A stretch of DNA of 64,000 nucleotides from Octopus vulgaris. Its lineage: Eukaryota. Where the stretch lies: positions 29,388,001-29,452,000 of the forward strand of contig OX597821.1 in NCBI GenBank assembly GCA_951406725.2. Reading direction: 5' to 3'. The translations under genes and the position numbers were made by a program. The notes beneath the pieces were generated by a model. The model did no database searches. It was not told where the DNA came from and saw only the letters and a program-made list of their open reading frames with translations. This document shows positions 1-10,599 of the stretch, in pieces. Position 1 is the first letter of the stretch, and the number at the start of each line of letters is the position of its first letter.

Positions 1-325
1 TTTCATTAAGGCGGATTTCTTGGAAACAGATGGTCTATCTGTTACTAATCCTCATTTGGGGCCAGGTAAGGTAAAATTTCCCCCATAGTCAGGTATGTTT
101 TCACAGAAAACAGGAAATGAAAGATACTGCTTATATGACAGTGACATTCATTTGCAATTAACCAAGTGATATCAAGATAAAGAAAGACACATATATGCAC
201 ATGCATTACAGGTTGCTTTCAGTTACGATCTTCTAAATCCTCTCACAAGCCAGTGGGTTATAGAAAACAGTTGGCCAAGATGCCATGCAGTGGGTTTAAA
301 CCCAAAACCACATGGTTGAGAACTA
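1..325 (-). mobile_element. Diverged tRNA-head SINE with D-type body (partial)
   Basis: Body similar to 15870-16345, 31720-32110 and 45395-45815. Head segment ...GTTGGCCAAGATGCCATGCAGTGGGTTTAAACCCAAAACCACATGGTTG matches the head of SINE family A. Confidence 0.55.
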
Positions 326-670
326 TACACACATACCTGTAAATAATGCACAATGTACTTCTTGACATAAATCTCAGCTCCTCTAAGAACGAGATAATTC
401 TTCATTTGAAGAGTTCAATGAATAATTAAAAGTTAATTAACGCTAATGAGACAATGCCAATCCGAAGGAAATAGAATGGAATGGAAAATCTGCAAACATC
501 ACAGAAAGCTTAATATTTGCATGCTGTGCATAGATACATACACACACATGCATGCTTACACACACACACACACACACTGTATAAATTATATTAATCTCTC
601 ACATGACAGAGTACTATTTTTTGTTGACTACATCAATAATGGAAGAGTAAATTTTATATATATATATATA

Positions 671-1235
671 TCATCATCATCATCATCATTGTAGTTTAGC
701 GTCCGCTTTCCATGCTGGCATGGGTTGGACGGTTTGACTGTGGACTGGTGAACCAGAGGGCTGCACCAGACTCAATCTGATCTGGCAAAATTTCTACAGC
801 TGGATGCCCTTCCTAACGCCAACCACTCCAAGAGTGTAGTGGGTGCTTTTACGTGCCACCGACACAAAGGCGGTTCTGGCAATGACCACGCTCAAAAGGT
901 ATTTTTTTACATGCTACCTGCATGGGAGCCAGTCCGGTGGCACTAGCAGCGACCACGCTCAAATGTTGTTTTTTCACATGCCGCAGGCACATGTGCCGGT
1001 AAGGCGACACTGGCAATGATCACACTCAAATCCTGCTTTTTACATCCCACTGGCACGGAAGCCAATCCGTGGCCCTAGCAATGATCAAGCTCGGACATGC
1101 TTTGCATGTTCTACTGGTACTCGTGCCAATCAGGCGGTACTGTCATCGGCCACATCAGCGAGTTTTGATTTGATTTCACTTGCCTCACTAGGTCTTTACA
1201 AACAAGGATTATTGTCCAATGAATGAGGGGTACTT
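671..1235 (-). mobile_element. RTE-type LINE 3' UTR fragment with (GAT)n tail and internal ~60-65 bp tandem units
   Basis: (CAT)n, then CATGCTGGCATGGGTTGGACGG and GGATGCCCTTCCTAACGCCAACCACTCC. The same UTR is joined to RTE coding sequence at 38535-39678. About 5 units of TTTTACGTGCCACCGGCAC...GACCACGCTCAAA. Confidence 0.8.
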
Positions 1236-1237
1236 AT

Positions 1238-1278
1238 ATAGATAGATGGACAGACAGACAGGCAGATAGATAGATAGG

Positions 1279-1324
<46 letters not shown>

Positions 1325-1325
1325 C

Positions 1326-1424
<99 letters not shown>
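1238..1424 (+). repeat. (AGAT)n microsatellite
   Basis: Direct reading; produces the artefactual IYLS ORF. Confidence 0.97.
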
Positions 1425-1426
1425 TA

Positions 1427-1676
1427 TCGTTGCTATTATATTAAATTGCCGTATGCCCAAATTTGGCCAAATTAAGTTTTTTCAATATTCATTTTTCCTT
1501 GCAATAGCAGGTTCTTTTAATCAAACTGCCGTATCTCCAGCCGCTTCAGAAGCCAAGATATCAAAAATTATCAAAGTGTAGTACAACAGTTTTACTATGG
1601 AATGGTGAAACAATTTTTTTCACTTTCTGAAAAAGCAATGTTTTGAACTTACAACACCTTTGCATAGTAATCGTAT
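1427..1676. mobile_element. Possible small non-autonomous DNA transposon
   Basis: TA-flanked; weak terminal inverted similarity CGTTGCTAT / ATAGTAATCG; non-microsatellite interior. Confidence 0.25.
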
Positions 1677-1874
1677 ATATGCATGAGTAAACTAACGAAG
1701 GTGGCAAGGCGTAATATAAAACCAAAAAGCAAATACTCAATTGTCACTAATAGAGACTGAGGGTGCAGGGTAGCACCTACATTGCTAGAAACAAGAGTCA
1801 AAGACATTTATAGCCACAAAAGGCACAATGTTTATGTACTGACAGGAGAGACAACCATCCCACAGCAAGCGAGG

Positions 1875-1926
1875 CCACTATACTAGCTGGCTAGTTTTGC
1901 TTGGAATTAACGCTCATCAGTAGTGA
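1875..1926 (-). ncRNA. Type I minimal hammerhead ribozyme motif, one core substitution (GAAA to AAAA)
   Basis: Minus strand: TCACTA-CTGATGA-GC(gttaattccaa)GC-AAAA-CTAGC(ca)GCTAG-TA-TAGTGG. Stems I, II and III all pair; GUA cleavage triplet; close to (TA)n. Confidence 0.7.
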
Positions 1927-2099
1927 TCACTCCAATGCTGATTATATATATATATATATATATATAGCCATCAATACCTACCATCTCTGTCTCTGAAGAG
2001 AATAAATGACACACATCCAGTTATCTAATACCATGTACAAAACCAAATGGTAAGTTCAGCTGCAAAGAAGCTATAGTTCTGTTATGTACAGAGAAATAT

Positions 2100-2330
2100 C
2101 ATCATCACTTAACAGCCATTTTTCATGTTGGCATGGGTTGGCTTGTTCAACAGAAGCTGGCAATTCAAAAGACTACACCATACTCTATTGTCTGCTTTGG
2201 CATGATTTCCATGGTTAGATGCCTTTCCTAATGCCAACCATTTTACTGAGTGTGCTGGATGCTTTTTACATGGCACAAGTAGAAGTGAGGTCACCAAGCA
2301 ACTTACAAGACAAAATTCTTCAACTGGTGG
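2100..2330 (-). mobile_element. Diverged RTE 3' UTR/tail fragment
   Basis: CATGTTGGCATGGGTTGG...GATGCCTTTCCTAATGCCAACCA motif. Confidence 0.65.
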
Positions 2331-4422
2331 GAGTGGAATTGAGGAACAGAAATAGATGTCTTACAGTAGAAGGGAAACCTGGCTGCCTAAAGTGCAGAGA
2401 AAGAGAGACAGGGGAGAGAGATAAGATGGTGAAGATATGACAAGTAGTAGACCCAAGTTACATGGTGGTGCACATAGTGAAGTGGAGGAGGGGTTTGAGA
2501 GGGTGAGTGGTTGGATAAGTTTGTGAGATTGCAAAGGAGCGAGGGAGATGTAGGGTGAATAATGTAGTGAACGGGCATTAGGATGAAATTTGACAGGGAC
2601 ATATTTTACATAGGTAGGTTTGTGAGGGTGAGTTGGAGACACAGAGGAATGGAATACAGCAGCTGGCAAGCAAGAATGAGGAGGGCGGGGTGGAAGATGG
2701 GACATGCAAGAGAGGTTTGTGAGGAACAGACTGTTTGCCAGAGGGGCGGGGCATGGATGTAAAGGACAGGTCTCTGTGGCCTTGATTTTACTAAGCTGGA
2801 CAGGTCTTCCCAAGCACAGCAAAATTACCAAGAAACATACATAAATGTGTACACATACTGACATACACCAATGCAGATGTATATACACGCTTATGCCCAT
2901 GCACACACACAAGCACGCACACACACACATACAGGAATGCATGCATGGAAACAGACATGCACACATGGCTATAAACATGTATACAGATATACATTCACTC
3001 TTGTACACACATAAATGTAATGTATGTACATTCACAAATACACACAGAGAATAATGATAGCTAGCAAATGGAAACTTCAATGTCACTTACATTGCCTTGT
3101 AAAATAAAATAAAATAAAATAAAGATGATATTTTACTGAAAGATATAGAGTAGTCCTATGTTAGGTTTGACTCGTATTATATACAGCTACACATACATAT
3201 ATGTACTTGTAGATATGAACATTGGGAATTTTCATACGTGCATATGACATATGCACAAATATGCACATGGTATTATGTACAGATCCCAACATGCATGCAA
3301 AAAAAAAATTGCCCACACAAATGTACGTATAGACGCAAAGAAACTAGTAAATACTTAAGTAAGAAAAGTTATTTAAAATATCTTCCAAGATAGTAGGAAC
3401 ATACATAAATGTACACAAACTTGTCTATATGCAATTCATAAATACATCCTAGGTTTGTATATGTATTTTGGTAACATATGATTCCATTAATCCACGTTGT
3501 GTTTCGACAATGCTGAATCTGTGTTCACGAAATTTTTCAATTTTCATAGGAAATAAGATGATGTTTGCCGTCTTATATGTATAGATGTATGCACATATAC
3601 TTTTATATATATATATACACACATATATACATATATGTATACACAAACACATACATATATATATAGGTATATCTACACACACATACATACACACATGCAT
3701 ACATATATAAATGTAGATATAAATTCACACAAACATATATCTACCTAGACACACACATAACCATATACACAAAACATATGTATATACATATAAATACATA
3801 GATATGCATAAATATATGAATATACTTAGTTTTATATATATATATCTATATATATATATATATATATATAAATGTAAGCATACATATACTTATACATACA
3901 CATATAAATATGAGTAAATATGTACATACTTATATGTGTATACACATGTTTGTGTGTGAGGATGTGTGATATGTAAGTACTATGCAAGTCTATACAGGCC
4001 CTTCAACCAAGACTGCACACAGACAACAAAAATGACAGAACGAACTAGTCGTGCAGCAATGTTCCTAGCTAAAGCCATTAGAAAGAACATTTTCAACCAT
4101 AATGGCCCATATGTAACGAACCAAAGAAATTTGCTGTTCAAAATAATCTCACTTCCCCCCATTCTATTTTTTCTTTCTTTGTTTTTTTTTTTCCTTTCCT
4201 CTTTCTCCCTCCCGTTTCTTTCTCTCTCTTTCCCCCTCACTAACTTGTGTAATCATGTTAGGAGATTATGTACCAAAGCTCGCTAGTTTGCTAGAACAAG
4301 GACTGGACAGGTTCTTAAAACCTGTGTGCTGCTTTCAATTGCCTTTTAAACGGTGTGCACAAAATGCTAGTCAACCAGAAATGCAAAACTACTGAAAGTT
4401 AAATGTTAATGTATCATCTTAC

Positions 4423-4489
4423 GAGTATTTATTGCCAAAGAAGGCCACACCTGTAACCTCTTCTCAAAGAGCACTAAAGCTGGCGCCAA
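4423..4489 (-). other. Candidate 67-nt exon of an unidentified minus-strand gene
   Basis: Acceptor ctctctctgtcttttgcttgttgtgctgtag| and donor |gtaaga. One open frame, LAPALVLFEKRLQVWPSLAINT, which I do not recognise. Confidence 0.3.
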
Positions 4490-5043
4490 CTACAGCACAA
4501 CAAGCAAAAGACAGAGAGAGAGGTAAAACTGAGAGATGGTGAAAGAGAGATTCAGAGAGAGACTCACAAAATTTACATAAAAAAAAATTATAAAATACAA
4601 AATGTTATTTTATAGAAGATAACGGTTTCTTAATTTGGCATTTAATCTGTGGATTGTGGATATTTCTGTTGCTGTTGTTGTTGTTGTTGTTGTCGTTAAG
4701 TAGACTTAAGGAAATCTATGGCATGGAGATTATCAATCTATCAACTAGAAGTAACTCATATATAAATAATATATAAGGCATGTGCACTTCTATATATACA
4801 CACACACACATACAAACATAAATGCAGAAACACACACATTTATGTATGTTCCAGTGTACACACACACACACATAGATGTACTGGAAATGAGGAGAAAACA
4901 GCTCTTGTTACTATGCTACGGCCAAAGCCCATACTAATGTTGCTTTATAGACTACATTATATGAGAATGCAATTTTAATGTAGACAGAAAATCAAACCCT
5001 AACTCATACTGTAGCTTATCATGCATTTCCATGCATCAGTAAC

Positions 5044-5081
5044 TGTGTATATATATGTATATATGTATATGTGTGTATATT

Positions 5082-5138
<57 letters not shown>

Positions 5139-5153
5139 ATGTATATGTATATA

Positions 5154-5208
<55 letters not shown>

Positions 5209-5214
5209 ATGTAT

Positions 5215-5255
<41 letters not shown>

Positions 5256-5310
5256 CATATGCATATACATATACACACATATATATATATATATATACAT
5301 ACATATATAT
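5044..5310. repeat. Compound (TA)n/(TATG)n microsatellite
   Basis: Direct reading. Confidence 0.95.
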
Positions 5311-5871
5311 GCGAGAGGAGAGGGAGAGACAGGGAAGAAGAGAGGGAGAGAGAGAAGAGTGATGTACATACACACATATGCTTCCACAAACATAAGTGAA
5401 TGCAGATATACACGCATGTGAACCAACGCAGGGCTGAATAGTGACTTTGTGAAAATACAGTCACTTGCCTTGCAAGTGGAAGTGTAAAAGATATTTTAGA
5501 ACCCCCATAAAGGATGCGTTTAGTCTTTATTAACTAATTTGTATTAATTTAAGTTTGTGTGTTATGATTTCATAGCTTGTAGCTTTTGATATTCAGAGAG
5601 ACAAAAGTATACAGAAACATACAGACATGCATATACATACAAATACCTGTGTGTGAAGGTGTGTCTACAAACACACACCCTCACACAAATACACACACAC
5701 ACACGCACAAGTGACAGACTTGTTACACCTTCTGTAGACTAAATCCAGAGAGCAATGATAGTTTTGTACCATTCTTCAAATTACTGAGTGTGTGAGCACG
5801 GATTCTCATCTTTAACAAATATGAAAATGAAATGATGGCAAGAAAGTAGCATCCATCAAAGTGGACAATGA

Positions 5872-5905
<34 letters not shown>

Positions 5906-6512
5906 TGTGCATGTGTGTGTGTGTGTGTGTGTGTGTCATCCCTATGACCATGAGGTACCTAAGTTAGGGAAAAGCATGATGGGTAAGTCTACCAACAACA
6001 GTATTAGTTAGTACTAATTTCCTTTTTTTTCTTTATTCCTTTCTAAATTTGCAATGACTCAAATGTCAAAATGTAACAAACTTTATTTAGTCATAATAAA
6101 TATCAGATATTAGCTGGCATAAAGCCAACAATCTTATTCAACTTTACACTTTAGATTCTGTTTACAGTTGTGATAGGAACAGGGTGTCATGGAATTTGGT
6201 AAAGATAAGAAAGGGTGAAATGGAAATGGGGTGTTGCAGTATGTTAGATAATTGTAGTAAAGGGGGCTGCAGTTTAAATAAGAAAACTCGGTTGAGACCC
6301 TCCCTCCACTGTGAGTGATCCCTCACTGGCACATACTATAACCTAGAGTGATATCATCTCAGTGCAGTGGTATTTTTTCTTTATTTAGTTTTCACCAAAT
6401 ATCCTGAAAGAAAAGCCAACAACTAGTATTTAAGAGCTCCTCAAAAGTTCTCCAAGAGAATCTTCAACTACATAAATATATGTATGTGTGTGTGTGTGTA
6501 TATATACATACA

Positions 6513-6719
6513 AACCAAAGTAAGCACATAAATGTGAGATAACGTGGGGAAAAAATGGTACTCGAATAACAGAGGTAGAGTAATATGCTTTATATATATT
6601 GAAACTGCAAAAACATCACAAAAATATATCACAAATAACTGCTACTTGTTCCTGTTTGTTGGACAGTTTAGATTGTCCGACAAACGGGAACACGAAACTC
6701 TGAGTAGCATCTTTTTGTG

Positions 6720-6720
<1 letters not shown>
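6513..6720. mobile_element. Penelope-like fragment pair in inverted orientation with a degenerate hammerhead
   Basis: 6513-6667 is the reverse complement of the 9930-10075 family. 6672-6720 is the forward copy: TGT-CCGACAA-ACG(ggaa)CAC-GAAA-CTC(t)GAG-TA-GCA. Flanked by TA/CA repeats. Confidence 0.65.
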
Positions 6721-6771
<51 letters not shown>

Positions 6772-7994
6772 TCACACATATACATACACACGGATAATAG
6801 GATTTGCAATATTAAGAATTATACTTGAAGAATTGAAGTGCAAGGGGGGGGGGTTACAATGAGAGATATGATTAAGAAAAAGTATGCATCAAAATTTATT
6901 TTTAAGTATGAATGGAAAGTCATTTCACAAAACTGATTTGAAGCAAGCCATTTTTGTTTGTTTCTTTTTTTTTTTTTCATGCTGCACTTATTTTCTGTAT
7001 TAAATGCGGCAACAGTCACAATGATATTAACAGAAGGAAGAAGAGTGGATCTGGTGTGCATACAGCTGTTACCATTAATATCAGCACTTGCATGAATTGC
7101 TACAGTGAGTTAGTGCAATATACTACCTTAAGCAATTTGACATGCTAATTAACACCTAAAGAGCAATCAAGTGTGTACATAAGAGCCAACAAATATACAT
7201 ATGTAATAAACACACATACACTCATGTATTCGTTTATGAACAATGCACATATATAAAGACGATTCATATGTAACTCTGGATCTTCACTGATGAAGATGCA
7301 TATGTACATATCTCTGTTTTGATGCACATTTGCATATGTAAGCATCTTTGTATGAACGCTTTCATGCATGTGTATATATTTGCATAAATGTTTCTATTCA
7401 TGTTTAAATGTGCATATGTATGCACATATATGCATACCACTTATATATAAAGAATGCATCTTTCACACGTGTGATTTGTGTGTGTGTGTGTGTGTGTGTG
7501 TGCACACAGCAATAGCATTTGCACAATATATTATGTGCATGTACATGAGAATATGTAAATTACATGATCACAGCTTCATGCATGTGCTTCCATATGCATT
7601 TGCTCCAGCACATGTTCAGAATGGTGTAACCACATTATTCATGTGCTTAAGTACATTTCTACATGAGTGTGTAATTAGAAACATTAATATCAGCACACAT
7701 GCAGTTTCACTGATGCACGGAGTGGCATTTCAAATTATGAAGTGTGCACCAACATTTGGCAATTCACACTTTTATCTGTGTATTCTAAATGTATAAATAT
7801 GTACTTGTGTGAATCTGTGTGTATACACACATGTACACAAACATGTATAATCACACATGTTTGTCTATATAAATACACAAATATACTTAAGTATATCATA
7901 TATACATACACACACACACACATATATATACACACATATATGCATATGTATGTGCATATGTGTACACTTATGCACAAATATATAAGTGAGTGTA

Positions 7995-8531
7995 TATGTG
8001 GACACCTCGAATAAGGTTCGAAAATCAATTAAGGTTGTTCATAATTTTGCAGTCTGCGGAGAAATGGCTAAAATTTGCCCCGTTTATAATTATACCATAT
8101 GTTACATATTTACTATATCATGTCTTGATACTGTGTGGACCGCTGGTATTTATAGTGTTAAACACTTTCAGTATGCAAATTAGGGACCCCTTCACAGAGT
8201 AACTGCTACAGTTGTTGAGTATATAAACAGTTTGGCTGCTTGTTTCTTTGGAGACTGTTAGAATGATGTAGACACTTCTGATGAGAACCCAATAAGGTTC
8301 AAATATCGATTATGATTTCTCTCTTTTCTCTTTCCCTTGTTTCAGTCATTTGACTGTGGCCATGCTGGAGCACCGCCTTTTAATCGAGCAACTCGACCCC
8401 GGGACTTATTCTTTTGTAAGCCCAGTACTTATTCTAGCGGTCTCTTTTGCTGAACCGCTAAGTAACGGGGACATAAACACACCAGCATCGGTTGTCAAGC
8501 AATACGAGGGGGACAAACACAGACACACAAA

Positions 8532-8565
<34 letters not shown>

Positions 8566-8790
8566 CGATGTGCTTCTTTCAGTTTCCGTCTACAAAATCC
8601 ACCCACAAGGCTTTGGTCGGCCCGGGGCTATAGTAGAAGACACTTGCCCAAGGTGCCATGCAGTGGGACTGAACCCGGAACTATGTGGTTGGTAAACAAG
8701 CTACTTACCACACAGCCACTCCATTTTTTTCAGTCTGCGGAGAAATGGCTAATATTTGCCCTGTTTATAATTATACCATATGCTACATAT
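7995..8790 (+). mobile_element. Penelope-like tandem pLTR fragment (two direct copies of ~110 bp) with hammerhead remnants, interrupted by a SINE
   Basis: Copy 1 at 7998-8110: GACACCTC-GAATAAGGTTCGAAAATCAATTAAGG...CAGTCTGCGGAGAAATGGCTAA. Copy 2 at 8267-8315 plus 8723-8790: GACACTTCTGATGAGAACCCAATAAGGTTCAAATATCGATTA...CAGTCTGCGGAGAAATGGCTAA. Confidence 0.65.
8318..8722 (-). mobile_element. tRNA-derived SINE, family A (full length)
   Basis: Near-identical to 33058-33458 and 48722-49145. Head GGAGTGGCTGTGTGGTAAGTAGC...GGGTTCAGTCCC with A/B-box-like motifs, internal (TA/TG)n, tail GACTGAAACAAG. Confidence 0.9.
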
Positions 8791-9130
8791 GTAAACATAC
8801 ACACACACACACAAAATGGTTGGCTACTTGTTAGATGAGCATGACGATCTCTAACAAGAGTGTCAGCAATGCCTATGCAAAAACTTAAATGGAGTGGAGC
8901 TGGCACAACGCCACAACAACTTTTCACTACCAATACCACAAAGCCCAGAGACGCATAAGATATCCAGCTCAGTAGAGCACAGTGCTTTATATACAAGTTA
9001 GCCTTTTCCTAGGAGGATACCTTGACAGAGACCAGGAATCCCTCATTCCCAGTGAGTTTACTGCACCTCAGACACCAACTTGAGTATTTCCATGTGCAAA
9101 TATATATATATATATACACGGGTGGTGGCG

Positions 9131-9165
<35 letters not shown>

Positions 9166-9166
<1 letters not shown>

Positions 9167-9430
9167 GAAATAATATGTGACAATTATTCAACAGCTAAGA
9201 TAAAACTCTGAGTTTCGGATGATGAGGTGGAAATCCACATCATCTTTTCGGTTATCTGGTCAGATAACCGAAGAGATGGTGTTGTGGATTTCCACCTCGT
9301 CATCCGAAACTCAGAGTTTTATATTGGCTGTTGAATAATTGTCACATATTATTTCACAGATAAATTTCCTCTATTTACATAATATTGAGGTCTCTTTCTT
9401 TCTTTTGTTATCTTACTGTTTTTACCAATA
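9166..9430. mobile_element. Inverted-duplicated Penelope-like fragment: ~93-96 bp palindromic arms with a hammerhead variant
   Basis: 9166-9258 is the reverse complement of 9261-9356. Right arm: ATAA-CCGAAGA-GATG...CATCC-GAAA-CTC(a)GAG-TT-TTAT (9264-9322). Both ends lie in (TA)n. Confidence 0.7.
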
Positions 9431-9472
9431 TATATCAATATATATATATATATATATGTATGTATCGATAGA

Positions 9473-9641
9473 TAGATTAAAGTAAATGGAAAAGCAAAAT
9501 ATTTGGCATCACTTGAAAAGGACATTTAATTTAGATAGAGAATATAAGCATATAGAGTTTGTATGCTTGCATTCTCTATCTAAATTAAATGTCTTTCTCA
9601 AATGATGCCAAACGTTTTGGTTTTCTATTTACTTCAGTCTA
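9473..9641. repeat. Long imperfect palindrome (~82 bp arms)
   Basis: ...GGACATTTAATTTAGATAGAGAATATAAGCATATA / TGTATGCTTGCATTCTCTATCTAAATTAAATGTCT..., centre near 9556. Confidence 0.9.
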
Positions 9642-9871
9642 TATCTACCTGCTCAAGGAAATAACACTTCTAGCTGCCTCTGATAGGTAGTCTGAATACC
9701 ACACTTTCAGTTCTTGTTGATTTAGTGGTAAACCAAACTGAGTACTCATAGTACATACTTATGACTTTAAGTCAGTTGACGAAAACTCCTTATATATATG
9801 TATACAGTATATGCATGTGTGTACCTTTTACTAGTTTCAGTCAGTAGACTACAGCCATGGAGCACCGTCTT

Positions 9872-9921
<50 letters not shown>

Positions 9922-9924
<3 letters not shown>

Positions 9925-10073
9925 TAGCAAAAACTGTCTGACGAACGGGAACGTGAAACTCAGAGTAACAAGTTTTGTTGAATTTTCTGCTGCTTTAAAT
10001 AAAGCATATCACTCTACCACTGGTATTTGAGTACTCTTTTTTCCACCTTGTTTCACATTTATGTGTTTACTCC

Positions 10074-10078
<5 letters not shown>
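9922..10078 (+). mobile_element. Short Penelope-like element carrying the hammerhead, inserted in (TA)n
   Basis: Second family copy at 6513-6720; both ends run into (TA)n. Confidence 0.65.
9930..9976 (+). ncRNA. Type I minimal hammerhead ribozyme, intact core
   Basis: AAAACTGT-CTGACGA-ACG(ggaa)CGT-GAAA-CTC(a)GAG-TA-ACA(a)GTTTT. CUGANGA and GAAA boxes intact; GUA triplet, predicted cut after 9967. Confidence 0.8.
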
Positions 10079-10109
<31 letters not shown>

Positions 10110-10155
10110 GATAATTAAGTAACTGGAAGATGGATTTGGTATTAATCTTTATTTC

Positions 10156-10238
10156 GTACAATGATCATCATTTCAACCCATCCTGCTACTGTCCAACATG
10201 TGTTACATCCATTTTTCAGTGTGGGTCATATCAGGTAC
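10156..10238 (-). ncRNA. Degenerate type I hammerhead motif with long stem II loop
   Basis: Minus strand: GTAC-CTGATATGA-CCCA...TGGGTT-GAAA-TGATGATCA-TT-GTAC. The core carries an apparent 2-nt insertion or substitution. Confidence 0.45.
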
Positions 10239-10599
10239 ATTCAAACATAAAGTGGTGTCTCACTAAAGATCCTGAGTTTAAGCTGTCAAGTTGTTATATG
10301 CCCGTCTAGATAGGAAAGGAAGCATAGCTACAATTTCTGCAACTATTATCTTTCCATAACAAAAATGATAAACATTTGAAAATATAAACAAATAACTGTT
10401 GATAGGAAAGAAAGAAAAGAAGTAAAAACAGAAAAACATTTTTCTGCAGGTGAGGTGAATAGGAGGCGGACTGGGAAGGATTGTGTTACATTAGGTTTAA
10501 GACAAAGGAATGGTACTATAAAAAGGAAAAGAAAGGAAAAAGAAAAGATATATATATGCAGGTTAAAGTGTCTATGATGTATTATATACACACAATATA

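Noticed and set aside
846-1150. Regularly spaced repeats resembling a CRISPR array
   Set aside because: Whole units are homologous, so there are no unique spacers. They belong to an RTE 3' UTR in a eukaryotic context with no cas genes.
2361-3086. Longest ORF (241 aa, minus strand)
   Set aside because: Runs through a (TG)n-rich tract and a purine-skewed low-complexity tract; no domain-like content.
4999-5464. Long ORFs rich in YI/IY/CV/HT here and at 11125-11856, 13766-14343, 21241-21750, 38099-38590 and 60495-61091
   Set aside because: Translations of (TA)n/(CA)n microsatellites that lack stops in several frames at once.
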